Notes: a model not told the origin generated them from the sequence alone. A stretch of DNA of 64,000 nucleotides from a virus (IMGVR_UViG_3300037400_002699:1-64000); one strand, 5' to 3'. Shown: positions 1 through 8,992, numbered from the stretch's first letter. Numbers and translations: made by a program.

Positions 1-228
1 GATTGGGACGAAGAAAAGGATGATAATGGTGTTCACCTGTCATACATTGGCAGGCATGGTGAAACGACCTTGCTTATTGATAAGGTTAGATTCTCTAAGG
101 CAAAGGCTGGTTTTGGCTACATTGATGCGCATATCGCTGCGGAGGATGGTAATGGGTGTGATTACTGGATGATGGGCAGTGAGTTTGGTAATGATGCCGA
201 CTATATCTATGATAACATTATATGGTAA
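1..228 (+). CDS. 3' end of hypothetical acidic phage protein (partial)
   Basis: Frame 1 open from base 1 (DWDEEKDD...DNIIW) to TAA at 226-228. Confidence 0.6.
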   Translation, partial: DWDEEKDDNGVHLSYIGRHGETTLLIDKVRFSKAKAGFGYIDAHIAAEDGNGCDYWMMGSEFGNDADYIYDNIIW

Positions 229-274
229 GACTGATGATGAAGATTTGAAGTAATAACATATAAAGTGATAGAGT

Positions 275-661
275 ATGAGACATTTTAGTACATTCGCAAT
301 GGTAGTCCTGCTGTTGACGCTTTCTATAGCCTCTTATGGGCTGTCACAGGACATTGAAAAGGTGAAGCCCTCACAACTGCAAGGGAAGTATATAACAGAC
401 GATTCTGAGGCTTTCTACACGTTTACTGGTGACAGCCTCTATATTGATTGCGCTGGAAGTGGTTGCGGCATCCATGCCTATAGTCTGAGATACACCAAGA
501 ATGATTTCAGTGAGTGTGACTTGGAAGAGACGGTAGTAGACTTATACACAGGCAGGGAGTTCAAGGAGAGGCATCACTTTAAGTTCTTAAAGCATGGTGA
601 CAGGGTTTCTGTGATGCTGGGAAGTAAAACAATAGACGTGATTAAGAAAGTGTTTCCATAA
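275..661 (+). CDS. Secreted/exported hypothetical protein
   Basis: 128 aa ORF with hydrophobic N-terminal signal-peptide-like segment (FAMVVLLLTLSIASYG). Confidence 0.65.
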   Translation: MRHFSTFAMVVLLLTLSIASYGLSQDIEKVKPSQLQGKYITDDSEAFYTFTGDSLYIDCAGSGCGIHAYSLRYTKNDFSECDLEETVVDLYTGREFKERHHFKFLKHGDRVSVMLGSKTIDVIKKVFP

Positions 662-692
662 TCATATTTACAGGTTTTAGGTTTTTTAACAG

Positions 693-741
693 TCTGGAAA
701 GGGCATAAATTTGCTTTTTCCAGATTTTTTTTATATCTTTG
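693..741 (+). promoter_or_regulatory. Composite terminator hairpin + Bacteroidota sigma promoter
   Basis: Stem TCTGGAAAGGGCA/TGCTTTTTCCAGA with T-tract, TTTG in loop/arm, TATCTTTG (-7 box) at 734-741. Confidence 0.7.
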
Positions 742-768
742 CACCAGTTAATTGAAACATTAAAATAA

Positions 769-1095
769 ATGGAACAGAACGAAAGTAAAATTTGGGAAAA
801 GTTCTACGGCAAGAAGATTTGCACGGAGAAACTAAACATTGAGGGTTTTAAGAAGCCCATTGAGTTTGACATCTACGACGGTCATGCTGTCTGTGAAAAC
901 TACAGGGGTCACAGGTTTGATATGTTCTACCCACAGATGAAAGCAATCAAGGACAGCAAGGAAATGGCTGATGCCATCATCGAGTCTGTTGGTGGGATTG
1001 AATGTGCCGACGAGATTACCGTACTACACATTCTTATTGCGTTTAACACGCTGTATAAGGACGGTGTTGAGATTAAGCCAAAAGAGGTAGAATAA
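769..1095 (+). CDS. Hypothetical early protein
   Basis: 108 aa ORF directly downstream of promoter, A-rich start context. Confidence 0.7.
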   Translation: MEQNESKIWEKFYGKKICTEKLNIEGFKKPIEFDIYDGHAVCENYRGHRFDMFYPQMKAIKDSKEMADAIIESVGGIECADEITVLHILIAFNTLYKDGVEIKPKEVE

Positions 1096-1129
1096 TCATT
1101 TATTATGGAAACTTAAACATTTAAGCATC

Positions 1130-1300
1130 ATGAGGAAATATACTATTCAATTGAATTATAATGCCTCCATCATCGTGGATGTAACTGGTAACGATGAGGG
1201 TGAGGCTCTGGATAATGCCCGTAACTTGGCAGAGGAAGCAGACATTAAGGAGTTTACCATCTGTGGCGAGAGGGAGAGCCAGATATTAAGACAGGAGTGA
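1130..1300 (+). CDS. Small acidic hypothetical protein (56 aa, MRKYYIQLNYNAS...)
   Basis: ATG 1130 to TGA 1298-1300 read by hand; below ORF-track cutoff. Confidence 0.6.
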   Translation: MRKYTIQLNYNASIIVDVTGNDEGEALDNARNLAEEADIKEFTICGERESQILRQE

Positions 1301-1361
1301 TTTTAGTTTTGTTCATAGGTTTTTTGTTGTTTTAGTTATTGGTTAATTATTGGTTGTATTT

Positions 1362-1394
1362 GGGAGGTACAGGATGCTGTGCCTCCCTCTTTTT
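1362..1394 (+). terminator. Intrinsic terminator
   Basis: GGGAGGTACAG-gatg-CTGTGCCTCCC followed by T-tract. Confidence 0.7.
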
Positions 1395-1445
1395 GTAAAG
1401 AAACCAGAAAAATTTTATATGTATGGAAAAAAAGTTAGGAAATTA

Positions 1446-1477
1446 TTTGGTTATCTCAAATATTTTGTCTACTTTTG
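1446..1477 (+). promoter_or_regulatory. Bacteroidota primary-sigma promoter
   Basis: TTTG at 1446 and TACTTTTG at 1470-1477. Confidence 0.75.
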
Positions 1478-1554
1478 CAGCGTGAAAGGGAAACAACAAC
1501 CCAATCACCCCCAGATTGGATAGTCCATCTGGGGAACTTAACAACAAAATCATT

Positions 1555-2085
1555 ATGGCTACAAGAAGTTGTGTAATTGTTAAGGTTCGTCCAGAGGACA
1601 TCGGTAAGATGTTCAAGTTCGATGCCAACAAACTGCCAAAGGGAGTGAAGTTAGACGATTGGCTCGAAAAGGATTCAGACGGTAAGGTATGGCTCGATGA
1701 AGTAGGAGAAGAGCGCAGCAAGAGCGTAGAACTCCAGAACGTATATATCGGCATCTACTGCCATTGGGATGGTTACATTAAGGGTGGCGTAGGTGATTCT
1801 CTGAAAGCGAAGTTCAACGATTACGAGACTGCACGGAATCTGATTGTAGGAGGCTTTTGCAGTTGCATCGAAGACAGCAAGGTACGTCACTATGCCAACA
1901 GAGGCACACCAGAGCAGAAGTGGATTTACGAGAAGTGGAACGACATTAAGCCAATTCAAGGCAAGACCCAGAAAGAGGTTTACGAGCATATCGACTGCCA
2001 GCACATCTATCTTTTTGACGAGGCTCGTGGCGGTTGGCTGCACAAGGAAATCGGCTGGTCTAAGTCTGGATTTAAGAAGTATTAA
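1555..2085 (+). CDS. Conserved phage hypothetical protein (MATRS...YCHWDGY family)
   Basis: MATRS start and IYCHWDGY motif typical of a widespread phage protein family; ATG 1555 preferred over upstream TTG. Confidence 0.75.
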   Translation: MATRSCVIVKVRPEDIGKMFKFDANKLPKGVKLDDWLEKDSDGKVWLDEVGEERSKSVELQNVYIGIYCHWDGYIKGGVGDSLKAKFNDYETARNLIVGGFCSCIEDSKVRHYANRGTPEQKWIYEKWNDIKPIQGKTQKEVYEHIDCQHIYLFDEARGGWLHKEIGWSKSGFKKY

Positions 2086-2099
2086 AAGGAGGTTTAATC

Positions 2100-2318
2100 A
2101 TGGAGTATAAGAGTGAAACAGGCTATGTAGCCACCGATACATTGAGCGGTATTGACATATATGATGCTGATGGTAATTTCGTCGTGGAGTTGCAGGGATT
2201 ATCCCTATCACGCTTCGAAGATGAAGATGGAAACATCAATGACAACCAGTTGGAAGAAGAAATCCGTAACACATTGGATGCACAGGAGTTTCTGGATTAC
2301 CAAGCAGAGTATTGTTAA
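2100..2318 (+). CDS. Small acidic hypothetical protein
   Basis: 72 aa, D/E-rich, follows previous gene. Confidence 0.65.
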   Translation: MEYKSETGYVATDTLSGIDIYDADGNFVVELQGLSLSRFEDEDGNINDNQLEEEIRNTLDAQEFLDYQAEYC

Positions 2319-2398
2319 AGATGTCAAAAATATGACGTGAAATTTTGATTTCTCAAAAAAAACTTATATCTTTGCACTACTAAAACAAGGTACGAGTT

Positions 2399-2521
2399 AT
2401 GAGTAAAAAGAAATTTCTACGCTCCATTGCCAACATTCGAGTCGTGGCGATGCCAAGCAAAGTAAGAGAAAACGAGGACGGTACTAAGACACAGCTCTAC
2501 AAAATCCGTCCAATGCGTTAG
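2399..2521 (+). CDS. Small basic peptide (40 aa, MSKKKFLRS...)
   Basis: ATG 2399 to TAG 2519-2521, directly after promoter TATCTTTG at 2367-2374. Confidence 0.45.
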   Translation: MSKKKFLRSIANIRVVAMPSKVRENEDGTKTQLYKIRPMR

Positions 2522-2524
2522 GTC

Positions 2525-3294
2525 GCCGCACGGGTTGGCAGCAGCCCCCAGACCAAGTAGTATTAACATTAAAAGTATGCAGCGATGAATAGTAATGAAC
2601 GACCCCCGCCCTAATGGGTGAATATAGTTAGACAGTTCGGAATATTATATAATCGAGTATGAATTTTAAAATGTAAAGGGGTGCATGGAAAAATCCCCAC
2701 ATCATAGAGTATGATTAGAGACCGACCCAACTAAGGAATGATACTTAGATGATAGACGATTTTAATAAAATGAAAAAACCCCAACAAGGTGGAGATAGGG
2801 TAAAGTTCGTGTAACGTTATAATGCCGCCGCATAAGTAAACTTTAATGCCAGGGCAAAGTGAGTTTGGAACACATGAGATAGTTCCGTCCGAGCCGATTA
2901 AGTGTCAATGAGCGACCAATATCCAGAGAGCCGCCATTTCCGAGGCACATTGCGCCCCCAGCCGCTACAAAAGAGAGCCGCATTTGGACGCATCCGTATG
3001 GCTATTAAACCACTGCCAAGGGCGATTAGGGCATACCGAAGTTGAGACAAGACCGCATAAGGAGTAACGTGCGCACAATTCTACTACCAAGCAATGCGGA
3101 TGTTAGTTATAGGATGCCCATTTTTCAACAGAGAGGGGCGATATTAGGCGAGCGAACCAATTTAGCCGAGTATATGCGCTTGCCATGCCCCATTAGAGAG
3201 TGAGGTGGGAGTGACCCACACAGATGTCGAACTGCGCTGCTTAACGCACTCGCCTTTGCCATCAAGGTGTGGTGTCCCACCCCGCTCATTTTTT
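2525..3294 (+). ncRNA. Candidate large structured non-coding RNA (GOLLD/ROOL-like class or new)
   Basis: ~770 nt without ORF, many long-range complementary segments including crossing (pseudoknot) helices, ends in closing stem 3198-3210/3275-3287 plus T-tract, immediately before a tRNA. Confidence 0.55.
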
Positions 3295-3297
3295 CAT

Positions 3298-3370
3298 GTG
3301 TCTATAGCTCAGTTGGTAGAGCGCCACATTTGATATGTGGGGGTCGGGGGTTCGAGTCCCTCTGGGCGCA
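3298..3370 (+). tRNA. Atypical tRNA, anticodon TGA (Ser-type) on a short-variable-loop body
   Basis: Cloverleaf: GTGTCTA/TGGGCGC acceptor, GCTC/GAGC D-stem, CCACA/TGTGG anticodon stem with loop TTTGATA, GGGGG-TTCGAGT-CCCTC T-arm; no encoded CCA. Confidence 0.75.
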
Positions 3371-3425
3371 CCCTCGTTGCGTTGTGATAACGCTGTTTGT
3401 TTTCCATAATGATTGTTAGGTTGAG

Positions 3426-3465
3426 GGGAGCACTCCAGATAAGGGGTGCTCCCATTGTTTTTTCT
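3426..3465 (+). terminator. Intrinsic terminator
   Basis: GGGAGCACTCC-agataa-GGGGTGCTCCC then T-rich tail. Confidence 0.7.
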
Positions 3466-3547
3466 TAATTTTCTCTAAAATATTTGGTAGTTTCGATTTT
3501 TTTGCCTAATTTTGCAGTGTCAAACAATTAAAGCAATAAGATTTATT

Positions 3548-3847
3548 ATGGAAAAAGAGATTATCGCCCTATTAAAGAGCAAAGGAATGACCAGAATGGG
3601 ATTCGGGCACAATGTCGAAATCACATCAGAGTTCGATGAAGATGGTGATGAATATCCAAGCATCGTCAATGCAGTTGAGATTACTGAATCTGGGCTGATT
3701 GCCTACGATTCAAATGACGAGGACGAAAACGGAGAGTATGACCCTTATTGGGAGGTATCTGAACTGCCAGAGGATATACAAAAGGAAATCCTGTGGGCAC
3801 TAAACACATTCCCTTGGGATGTCTGGAATTGGGAGGCTTATAAATAA
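3548..3847 (+). CDS. Acidic hypothetical early protein
   Basis: ATG 3548 after promoter TAATTTTG at 3507; very D/E-rich. Confidence 0.7.
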   Translation: MEKEIIALLKSKGMTRMGFGHNVEITSEFDEDGDEYPSIVNAVEITESGLIAYDSNDEDENGEYDPYWEVSELPEDIQKEILWALNTFPWDVWNWEAYK

Positions 3848-3864
3848 CTTAAACAACAAGTATT

Positions 3865-4287
3865 ATGGTTATAGGAGAATTAAAGGTTGTAAAGACCTCA
3901 AAGGTAAAGAACAATTACTATTATGGTGACTATGAGATTGTAGATACTTTCACACATTGCATTGTGAACGAGAAGTATGAAAAACTTGTTTCGCCAGAGA
4001 ACGGCATACACATTGTGGTAGAGTCCATCGACGGTGATAAACTGGACATTACAGCAAGCAAATATGCTTTCACGGGTGAGGATGAGAAGTATTGTGACAA
4101 GGACACAGAGTTTTCAACGTCGTTTTGTTTTGCTGGACATGTATATGAAATTGCTGTCAATGCTCGTGGGCAACTTGCATCTCTTGATGAATGGTATAGT
4201 ATTAGTGATTTCGAGGACAGTAATGAACCAGACAATCACTATAAAGCTAAGAGTAATGGTATCAAGTGGGAAGTTTTAAAACAATAA
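3865..4287 (+). CDS. Hypothetical early protein
   Basis: 140 aa ORF in operon. Confidence 0.7.
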   Translation: MVIGELKVVKTSKVKNNYYYGDYEIVDTFTHCIVNEKYEKLVSPENGIHIVVESIDGDKLDITASKYAFTGEDEKYCDKDTEFSTSFCFAGHVYEIAVNARGQLASLDEWYSISDFEDSNEPDNHYKAKSNGIKWEVLKQ

Positions 4288-4328
4288 GATTTAGAGATTG
4301 AGTTTGGGTATTTTATCTAAAAAGTGTT

Positions 4329-4376
4329 AAAAGTGAGGCTATTATTTGGTAGTCTCACTTTTTTTGCCTAATTTTG
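4329..4376 (+). promoter_or_regulatory. Composite terminator hairpin + promoter (repeat family)
   Basis: AAAAGTGAGGCTA-ttatttgg-TAGTCTCACTTTT, then TAATTTTG at 4369. Confidence 0.8.
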
Positions 4377-4406
4377 CAGTGTCAAACAACATTAAATATA
4401 AGAGAT

Positions 4407-4715
4407 ATGGAATTACAAAATTTTGAGAACACTCTTAGTGACGGCACAAAGGTTGTCACTTTGGGATTTACAAAGGATTGGAACGACATCGTTATTAAGA
4501 TGTTAGAATCTGATTCTGATTCATTCGGTAACTACTCTCTGGAACAGCAAGACCCAGAAATGGTGAACGTCTGGATTTCTGATGCTTTCAGTGAGGGAAA
4601 CACAGAGTATGCAGAAGCATTGCGGGATGGTTTAGCCCATGATGCTGACATCTACACTCTCGAAGATGGTATTGGCGATTTCCGTCAGCAGTTAGGTGAA
4701 GTAATAGTGTATTAA
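4407..4715 (+). CDS. Acidic hypothetical early protein
   Basis: ATG 4407 after promoter. Confidence 0.7.
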   Translation: MELQNFENTLSDGTKVVTLGFTKDWNDIVIKMLESDSDSFGNYSLEQQDPEMVNVWISDAFSEGNTEYAEALRDGLAHDADIYTLEDGIGDFRQQLGEVIVY

Positions 4716-4735
4716 CAATTAAAACAGGTAAGAAT

Positions 4736-4999
4736 ATGGCTGAGACTACGATTAAAAACATCTACTATGTGGATGAAAACGACAACACCAAGGGCAATGT
4801 CCTTGCGGTTAATGGTGATGTTGATATGAGGAAACAAGAGGTGATTGATAAAATTGCTGAGAAGTTAGTGGATATATTCTCTTTTGTCCCTTATATCTTG
4901 CTGCATAAGGAAGAGATTGCAAGGTGCATCGCATATCACAACTTTGCCAATATCCATGAATATACTTTTGGCGTGGAAGAGATTGATTTCTTGTCATAA
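4736..4999 (+). CDS. Hypothetical protein
   Basis: 87 aa ORF, A-rich start context. Confidence 0.65.
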   Translation: MAETTIKNIYYVDENDNTKGNVLAVNGDVDMRKQEVIDKIAEKLVDIFSFVPYILLHKEEIARCIAYHNFANIHEYTFGVEEIDFLS

Positions 5000-5016
5000 T
5001 TCGTTAAAATAATGTT

Positions 5017-5064
5017 AAAAGATGAGGCTACATTTGGTAGTCTCATTTTTTTTATCTAATTTTG
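5017..5064 (+). promoter_or_regulatory. Composite terminator hairpin + promoter (repeat family)
   Basis: ATGAGGCTA-catttgg-TAGTCTCAT + T-tract, TAATTTTG at 5057. Confidence 0.8.
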
Positions 5065-5082
5065 CACCAGAGTTAAAACAAT

Positions 5083-5382
5083 ATGAGTATGGGAAAAGAG
5101 CAATTAAATCAGATTGGCGACAATGTTCTGGAAAGTGAGTTCTTTCAGAAATACGCCTACAAGGGGCACTGGACGAGTGGCAGTAGTACAGAAGTTTACC
5201 CTCTCACCGTCAACATGGTAGACATGAGCATTGTGATTCAACTGGATTGTAACACCCTTCGAGGGATTAAACAAGCCCTTGACAAGTTAGTCAGACAGAT
5301 TGGTGAACATCTGGTTAGGAGGTACTACATTTGGAAAACTGATGGTAGTTGCCCCAATGAAGCAAGAATCTATTTTAAATAA
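5083..5382 (+). CDS. Hypothetical early protein
   Basis: 99 aa ORF after promoter. Confidence 0.65.
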   Translation: MSMGKEQLNQIGDNVLESEFFQKYAYKGHWTSGSSTEVYPLTVNMVDMSIVIQLDCNTLRGIKQALDKLVRQIGEHLVRRYYIWKTDGSCPNEARIYFK

Positions 5383-5389
5383 TACAACT

Positions 5390-5521
5390 ATGGGTAAGAA
5401 AGATAAGCAAAACAAAAGTAACGACTTTCTGGTTACATCATGGTTTCTGGCAACGCCAGTGCCAGACTACACCAGTCTGATTGAGCAACAGAGCAAGGTG
5501 TATTATTCACCAGTACGTTAA
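5390..5521 (+). CDS. Small hypothetical protein (MGKKDKQ...)
   Basis: ATG 5390 with A-rich context, in operon. Confidence 0.45.
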   Translation: MGKKDKQNKSNDFLVTSWFLATPVPDYTSLIEQQSKVYYSPVR

Positions 5522-5540
5522 ACAATTAATACTGTATATT

Positions 5541-5639
5541 ATGTTTTGGATATTTCTAATAGTTTCTCTGGGCATTCTGGTCTACGATATAGTGACCGAC
5601 CCAAAGTTTAAGGAAAAACTTAAAGAAGTGGAGGAATAG
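5541..5639 (+). CDS. Small membrane peptide (32 aa, MFWIFLIVSLGILVY...)
   Basis: Single hydrophobic helix followed by charged tail; read by hand. Confidence 0.5.
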   Translation: MFWIFLIVSLGILVYDIVTDPKFKEKLKEVEE

Positions 5640-5641
5640 TT

Positions 5642-5776
5642 ATGGTAATGCGACTTTATATGAAACCAGACCCAGGGATGTATATGCCAGTTCTGGTTGA
5701 CGCATTCGGCAGCGTTGAGTACCATCCGAAGCATCACAAGCTAAAAGGATGGCAGAAAGCAAAAAAACATCGCTAA
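5642..5776 (+). CDS. Small hypothetical protein (44 aa)
   Basis: ATG 5642 to TAA 5774-5776, tightly coupled to previous ORF. Confidence 0.45.
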   Translation: MVMRLYMKPDPGMYMPVLVDAFGSVEYHPKHHKLKGWQKAKKHR

Positions 5777-5836
5777 AAATTTGGAATTACGAGAAAAAAT
5801 TTATATCTTTGCACAAGAATTAATATTTATAGTAAC

Positions 5837-6112
5837 ATGGCACAGAGAGCAAGAGCTATCAAGAACGGATTCGACAACTGCGTGTTCATCAGCAAGGACA
5901 TTGAAAAGGTTGTTAAGATACTGAGTGACAGAATCGCTGAGCACGATGTATTCACAGAGAATCCACAGGATATTAAGATGAGTCGTATCGACGACACTCA
6001 TGACCGATTATCTTTAACATTCAGTAACGGCACACTGGATGGTATTGTCACGTGGACTAAGACGAGCAATGGCTCGCACTACTTATTCCATTTTGACGTA
6101 GAAGAGAACTAA
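5837..6112 (+). CDS. Hypothetical early protein
   Basis: 91 aa ORF after promoter TATCTTTG at 5804. Confidence 0.7.
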   Translation: MAQRARAIKNGFDNCVFISKDIEKVVKILSDRIAEHDVFTENPQDIKMSRIDDTHDRLSLTFSNGTLDGIVTWTKTSNGSHYLFHFDVEEN

Positions 6113-6188
6113 ATTTATTTGTACTCATAAAGGTAATAATAAAAATTGAGCCATCCAAGTCTGTGACAGATATGGGTGGTTTTTTTTT

Positions 6189-6204
6189 TGTTTCACGTGG
6201 AACA
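6189..6204. promoter_or_regulatory. parS centromere-like site
   Basis: TGTTTCACGTGGAACA; reverse complement TGTTCCACGTGAAACA matches the bacterial chromosomal parS consensus TGTTNCACGTGAAACA. Confidence 0.75.
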
Positions 6205-6205
6205 T

Positions 6206-6290
6206 GCGACGGTGGTGGAACTGGCGTACACACATCCCTTAAAAGGATGCAGTCCGAAGGGGCTTGCGGGTTCGAATCCCGCCCGTCGTA
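6206..6290 (+). tRNA. tRNA-Leu (anticodon TAA)
   Basis: GCGACGG/CCGTCGT acceptor, CATCC-CTTAAAA-GGATG anticodon arm, long variable arm, GCGGG-TTCGAAT-CCCGC T-arm, A73. Confidence 0.92.
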
Positions 6291-6307
6291 CATTGTTAAA
6301 GAGTATT

Positions 6308-6355
6308 AAAAATGAGGCTATTATTTGGTAGTCTCATTTTTTTTGTTTAATTTTG
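6308..6355 (+). promoter_or_regulatory. Composite terminator hairpin + promoter (repeat family)
   Basis: ATGAGGCTA-ttatttgg-TAGTCTCAT + T-tract, TAATTTTG at 6348. Confidence 0.8.
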
Positions 6356-6379
6356 CCACATAAATAAGCATATAAGAGT

Positions 6380-6667
6380 ATGAAAAGATTTAAAGTTAGA
6401 ATTACAGACAATAATGGTTTCTATCGTGAGTTTGACGATGGCACTGCCATTGGAGGCAGTTATGGAGACCCACATGTGGCTACAATGAGCCTCAATGAGA
6501 CAGAATTTAAGGCTCTTACGATGTTCATGGGACAGGTGAGTGATTTGCGTCATGATGTAGCACTATTTAACTTTTCCCAGTGCTGTGTGCTAACTCCTTG
6601 GCATAAGAGGGTGATTTGTAAGACATTTCCCCAGATTACAGAACAAGTAACAATTGAAATCTTATAA
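6380..6667 (+). CDS. Hypothetical early protein
   Basis: 95 aa ORF after promoter. Confidence 0.65.
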   Translation: MKRFKVRITDNNGFYREFDDGTAIGGSYGDPHVATMSLNETEFKALTMFMGQVSDLRHDVALFNFSQCCVLTPWHKRVICKTFPQITEQVTIEIL

Positions 6668-6679
6668 GACTATATAATT

Positions 6680-7150
6680 ATGGAAAGAGAAGAGATTTTA
6701 AAGCAGTTACATGACATTATCGGAGGCAAGAAGTTTACGTTTTCCGAGGCGTTCATTAAGAAAGAGGGACACGTTCTTAAAATAGGTCAAGACAGACCTT
6801 ATTCTGCTGTCACAAAGAAGTATTTATATGTGTCCTGCTTTGCGGTCTACAAGTGGGATGAGGAACAACAGGAGTATGGTACATCCATCCAGAAGTTTCC
6901 CATCTACTACAACAGAATGGCAGGTAAGTTTGTAGATAAGGTGGCGTTAAATGATATGTTCACCAAGGACTTACAGAAAGTTCTGGATATGGTTGAGGTT
7001 GCTCTTTGGTGGGAGAAAAATATACGTCTGCCAGAGATTCAGAAGCAACTTGATGAGGTTAGCAAGTATGCTGCCATCTACGACAAGAAAATACATCCGC
7101 ACTATGCAGAGAAAGAAGAATTAAATAGTAAGAAATATGAAGAATGTTAA
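6680..7150 (+). CDS. Hypothetical protein
   Basis: 156 aa ORF in operon. Confidence 0.7.
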   Translation: MEREEILKQLHDIIGGKKFTFSEAFIKKEGHVLKIGQDRPYSAVTKKYLYVSCFAVYKWDEEQQEYGTSIQKFPIYYNRMAGKFVDKVALNDMFTKDLQKVLDMVEVALWWEKNIRLPEIQKQLDEVSKYAAIYDKKIHPHYAEKEELNSKKYEEC

Positions 7151-7514
7151 GATTTACGAGGGCTACAAGAAAAAGGCAGATTTCCTGCTGAATTTCCAAC
7201 TATGCCGTGCCTATCTGGGTGAGAATTGTAAGAAGGTAACAGACGCTGTTGAGGCTATCCTGTTGTACAAGTTTAGGGGCGAAATTGACACGAGTAGCCC
7301 AGATGCATACAAGGCGTTCACCTCCAAGGTGAGAGCCACAGGAGGCAAACAGCATGCTGCTGTTGAACTGCCCCTACAGGATTTCAAGGACTCTGTGGAG
7401 AACATTCTGGCTAAGTTCGTAGAGAACAAGTTTGACCGTATGGTATCAGCTGTCAAAATCAATCTGGGCGCATACCCGCTGAAATTCAGAGATATCATCG
7501 AGCAGTATAGTTAA
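7137..7514 (+). CDS. Hypothetical protein
   Basis: 125 aa ORF overlapping previous stop. Confidence 0.7.
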   Translation: MKNVKIYEGYKKKADFLLNFQLCRAYLGENCKKVTDAVEAILLYKFRGEIDTSSPDAYKAFTSKVRATGGKQHAAVELPLQDFKDSVENILAKFVENKFDRMVSAVKINLGAYPLKFRDIIEQYS

Positions 7515-7664
7515 CTCTTTCCATATCTTATATTTTGTTGTTGACGGGGCTGGGGTGTACTAGGCACTCCAGCCTTACTTTTTTCTTAAATAATCTTAAA
7601 ATATTTGGTAGTTACAGGATTTTTGCCTAATTTTGCAGTGTCAAACAATTAAAGCAATAAGATT

Positions 7665-7946
7665 ATGAAGTTAAAACATTGGCAAGGTTACGGTTCAGTT
7701 GAGGTGAAAAAGGTGTCAAAGACTACCTTTAACAACAACTGGGGCGAGAAGAAGACAAAACTCGTGTTGTCTGTAAAGGGCAATCATGAGTGCGGCTTGG
7801 TTCGTGACGACATCTATGATGTTAAACGCTGGCTTTTTGACAGGTTCGAGAAGAATTTCTCTGGAGAGTACTACGACATTGACATGAGCATCAAAGACGA
7901 TTATGTTGATGGTGTTGAGGTGGCTACCTACACGTTCATTTATTAA
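7665..7946 (+). CDS. Hypothetical early protein
   Basis: 93 aa ORF after promoter TAATTTTG at 7628. Confidence 0.7.
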   Translation: MKLKHWQGYGSVEVKKVSKTTFNNNWGEKKTKLVLSVKGNHECGLVRDDIYDVKRWLFDRFEKNFSGEYYDIDMSIKDDYVDGVEVATYTFIY

Positions 7947-7965
7947 CAGGTAATACAACAGGATT

Positions 7966-8199
7966 ATGAGATACGGCATGATTATCAGTAAGCACAACGC
8001 TGACCCAGAATATAAGAATGATATTGCTGATTGGAGAGGCGTTACATCCATTCTTCGTAATGGGCTTGACCAGTGGACTACGAGCGTTCACATCTATAAG
8101 TATAGTAGTGATAACCGCTTACTTGGCGAGAAACACGTCACGATGGGAAACATCTGTGATGTTGCGTTTGCATTGAGAGATAAGGACGTATTATTATAA
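7966..8199 (+). CDS. Hypothetical protein
   Basis: 77 aa ORF in operon. Confidence 0.6.
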   Translation: MRYGMIISKHNADPEYKNDIADWRGVTSILRNGLDQWTTSVHIYKYSSDNRLLGEKHVTMGNICDVAFALRDKDVLL

Positions 8200-8219
8200 A
8201 CAACTTAACAAATAAGATT

Positions 8220-8984
8220 ATGGGAAAGAATAAACTATTATCAAGGTTTCGTCTGGCTAATAGATTACTGAAAATCTACCAGCACGAGGGCAGCACAGGT
8301 TTTTGGCTGCGTGGCGTTCTCTACGAAGATAAGTGGGACACAAGTGTTTCGCCCAACAAGCATAGCTTGGTTCTTACCAGTGCGGCTAATTTCTACGCAA
8401 AGGACAATGAGGCTACCGAGCACAGGGTGAGAGAGTATTTCGGCATGACGTTTGCAAGACCTGTTACGTCTGATGGTTATATCGACGTTAATCACAGAAT
8501 TATCTGGACAAACGACAACTACGACGAGTGGGAGGCGTGTATGCTGATAGACTATCCAAATGAAGAGTCACGAGAGGAAGAGGGTATCACCATCGACTAC
8601 GAGACCTATCACGAGGAATGTGGTAACAGCCTGTATGACGAAAGGGGAAATCTGAATGTTCCTGTTGATGGAATTATCGTATGCTTCGCCAGATTGGGTC
8701 TCTGGGATGGAACACATATTGGAGCAAAGTGTATCGGCACTAATGTTAGACAAATCCTGTATTCCGATTGTGACTACCTTGACTGGTATTGTGACCGATA
8801 TAATGTTCGTTGTGATGCAACACACCACGACGGCAGTAACAGCTACCTGTATAGGGTTGCAAAGGACAGGGAAGAGGCTCGTAGGCTTATTAATAAGATA
8901 GCTGACGGCGAAATGACAGAAGAACAATTCAGAAAGGCTACAAAGAGTCTGCGTCCTTATGTAGCAAAGGTGTACGGATGGTAA
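8220..8984 (+). CDS. Conserved phage hypothetical protein
   Basis: 254 aa; C-terminal LGLWDG...HHDG.N.YLYR motifs seen in gut-phage hypotheticals. Confidence 0.75.
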   Translation: MGKNKLLSRFRLANRLLKIYQHEGSTGFWLRGVLYEDKWDTSVSPNKHSLVLTSAANFYAKDNEATEHRVREYFGMTFARPVTSDGYIDVNHRIIWTNDNYDEWEACMLIDYPNEESREEEGITIDYETYHEECGNSLYDERGNLNVPVDGIIVCFARLGLWDGTHIGAKCIGTNVRQILYSDCDYLDWYCDRYNVRCDATHHDGSNSYLYRVAKDREEARRLINKIADGEMTEEQFRKATKSLRPYVAKVYGW

Positions 8985-8992
8985 AATATGTT

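Noticed and set aside
2525-3294. tmRNA, RNase P RNA or rRNA fragment as identity of the long non-coding region
   Set aside because: No tRNA-like GGGG...TTCGA..CCACCA ends, no recognisable RNase P P4 signature and no rRNA conserved motifs by eye; a covariance-model search is still needed.
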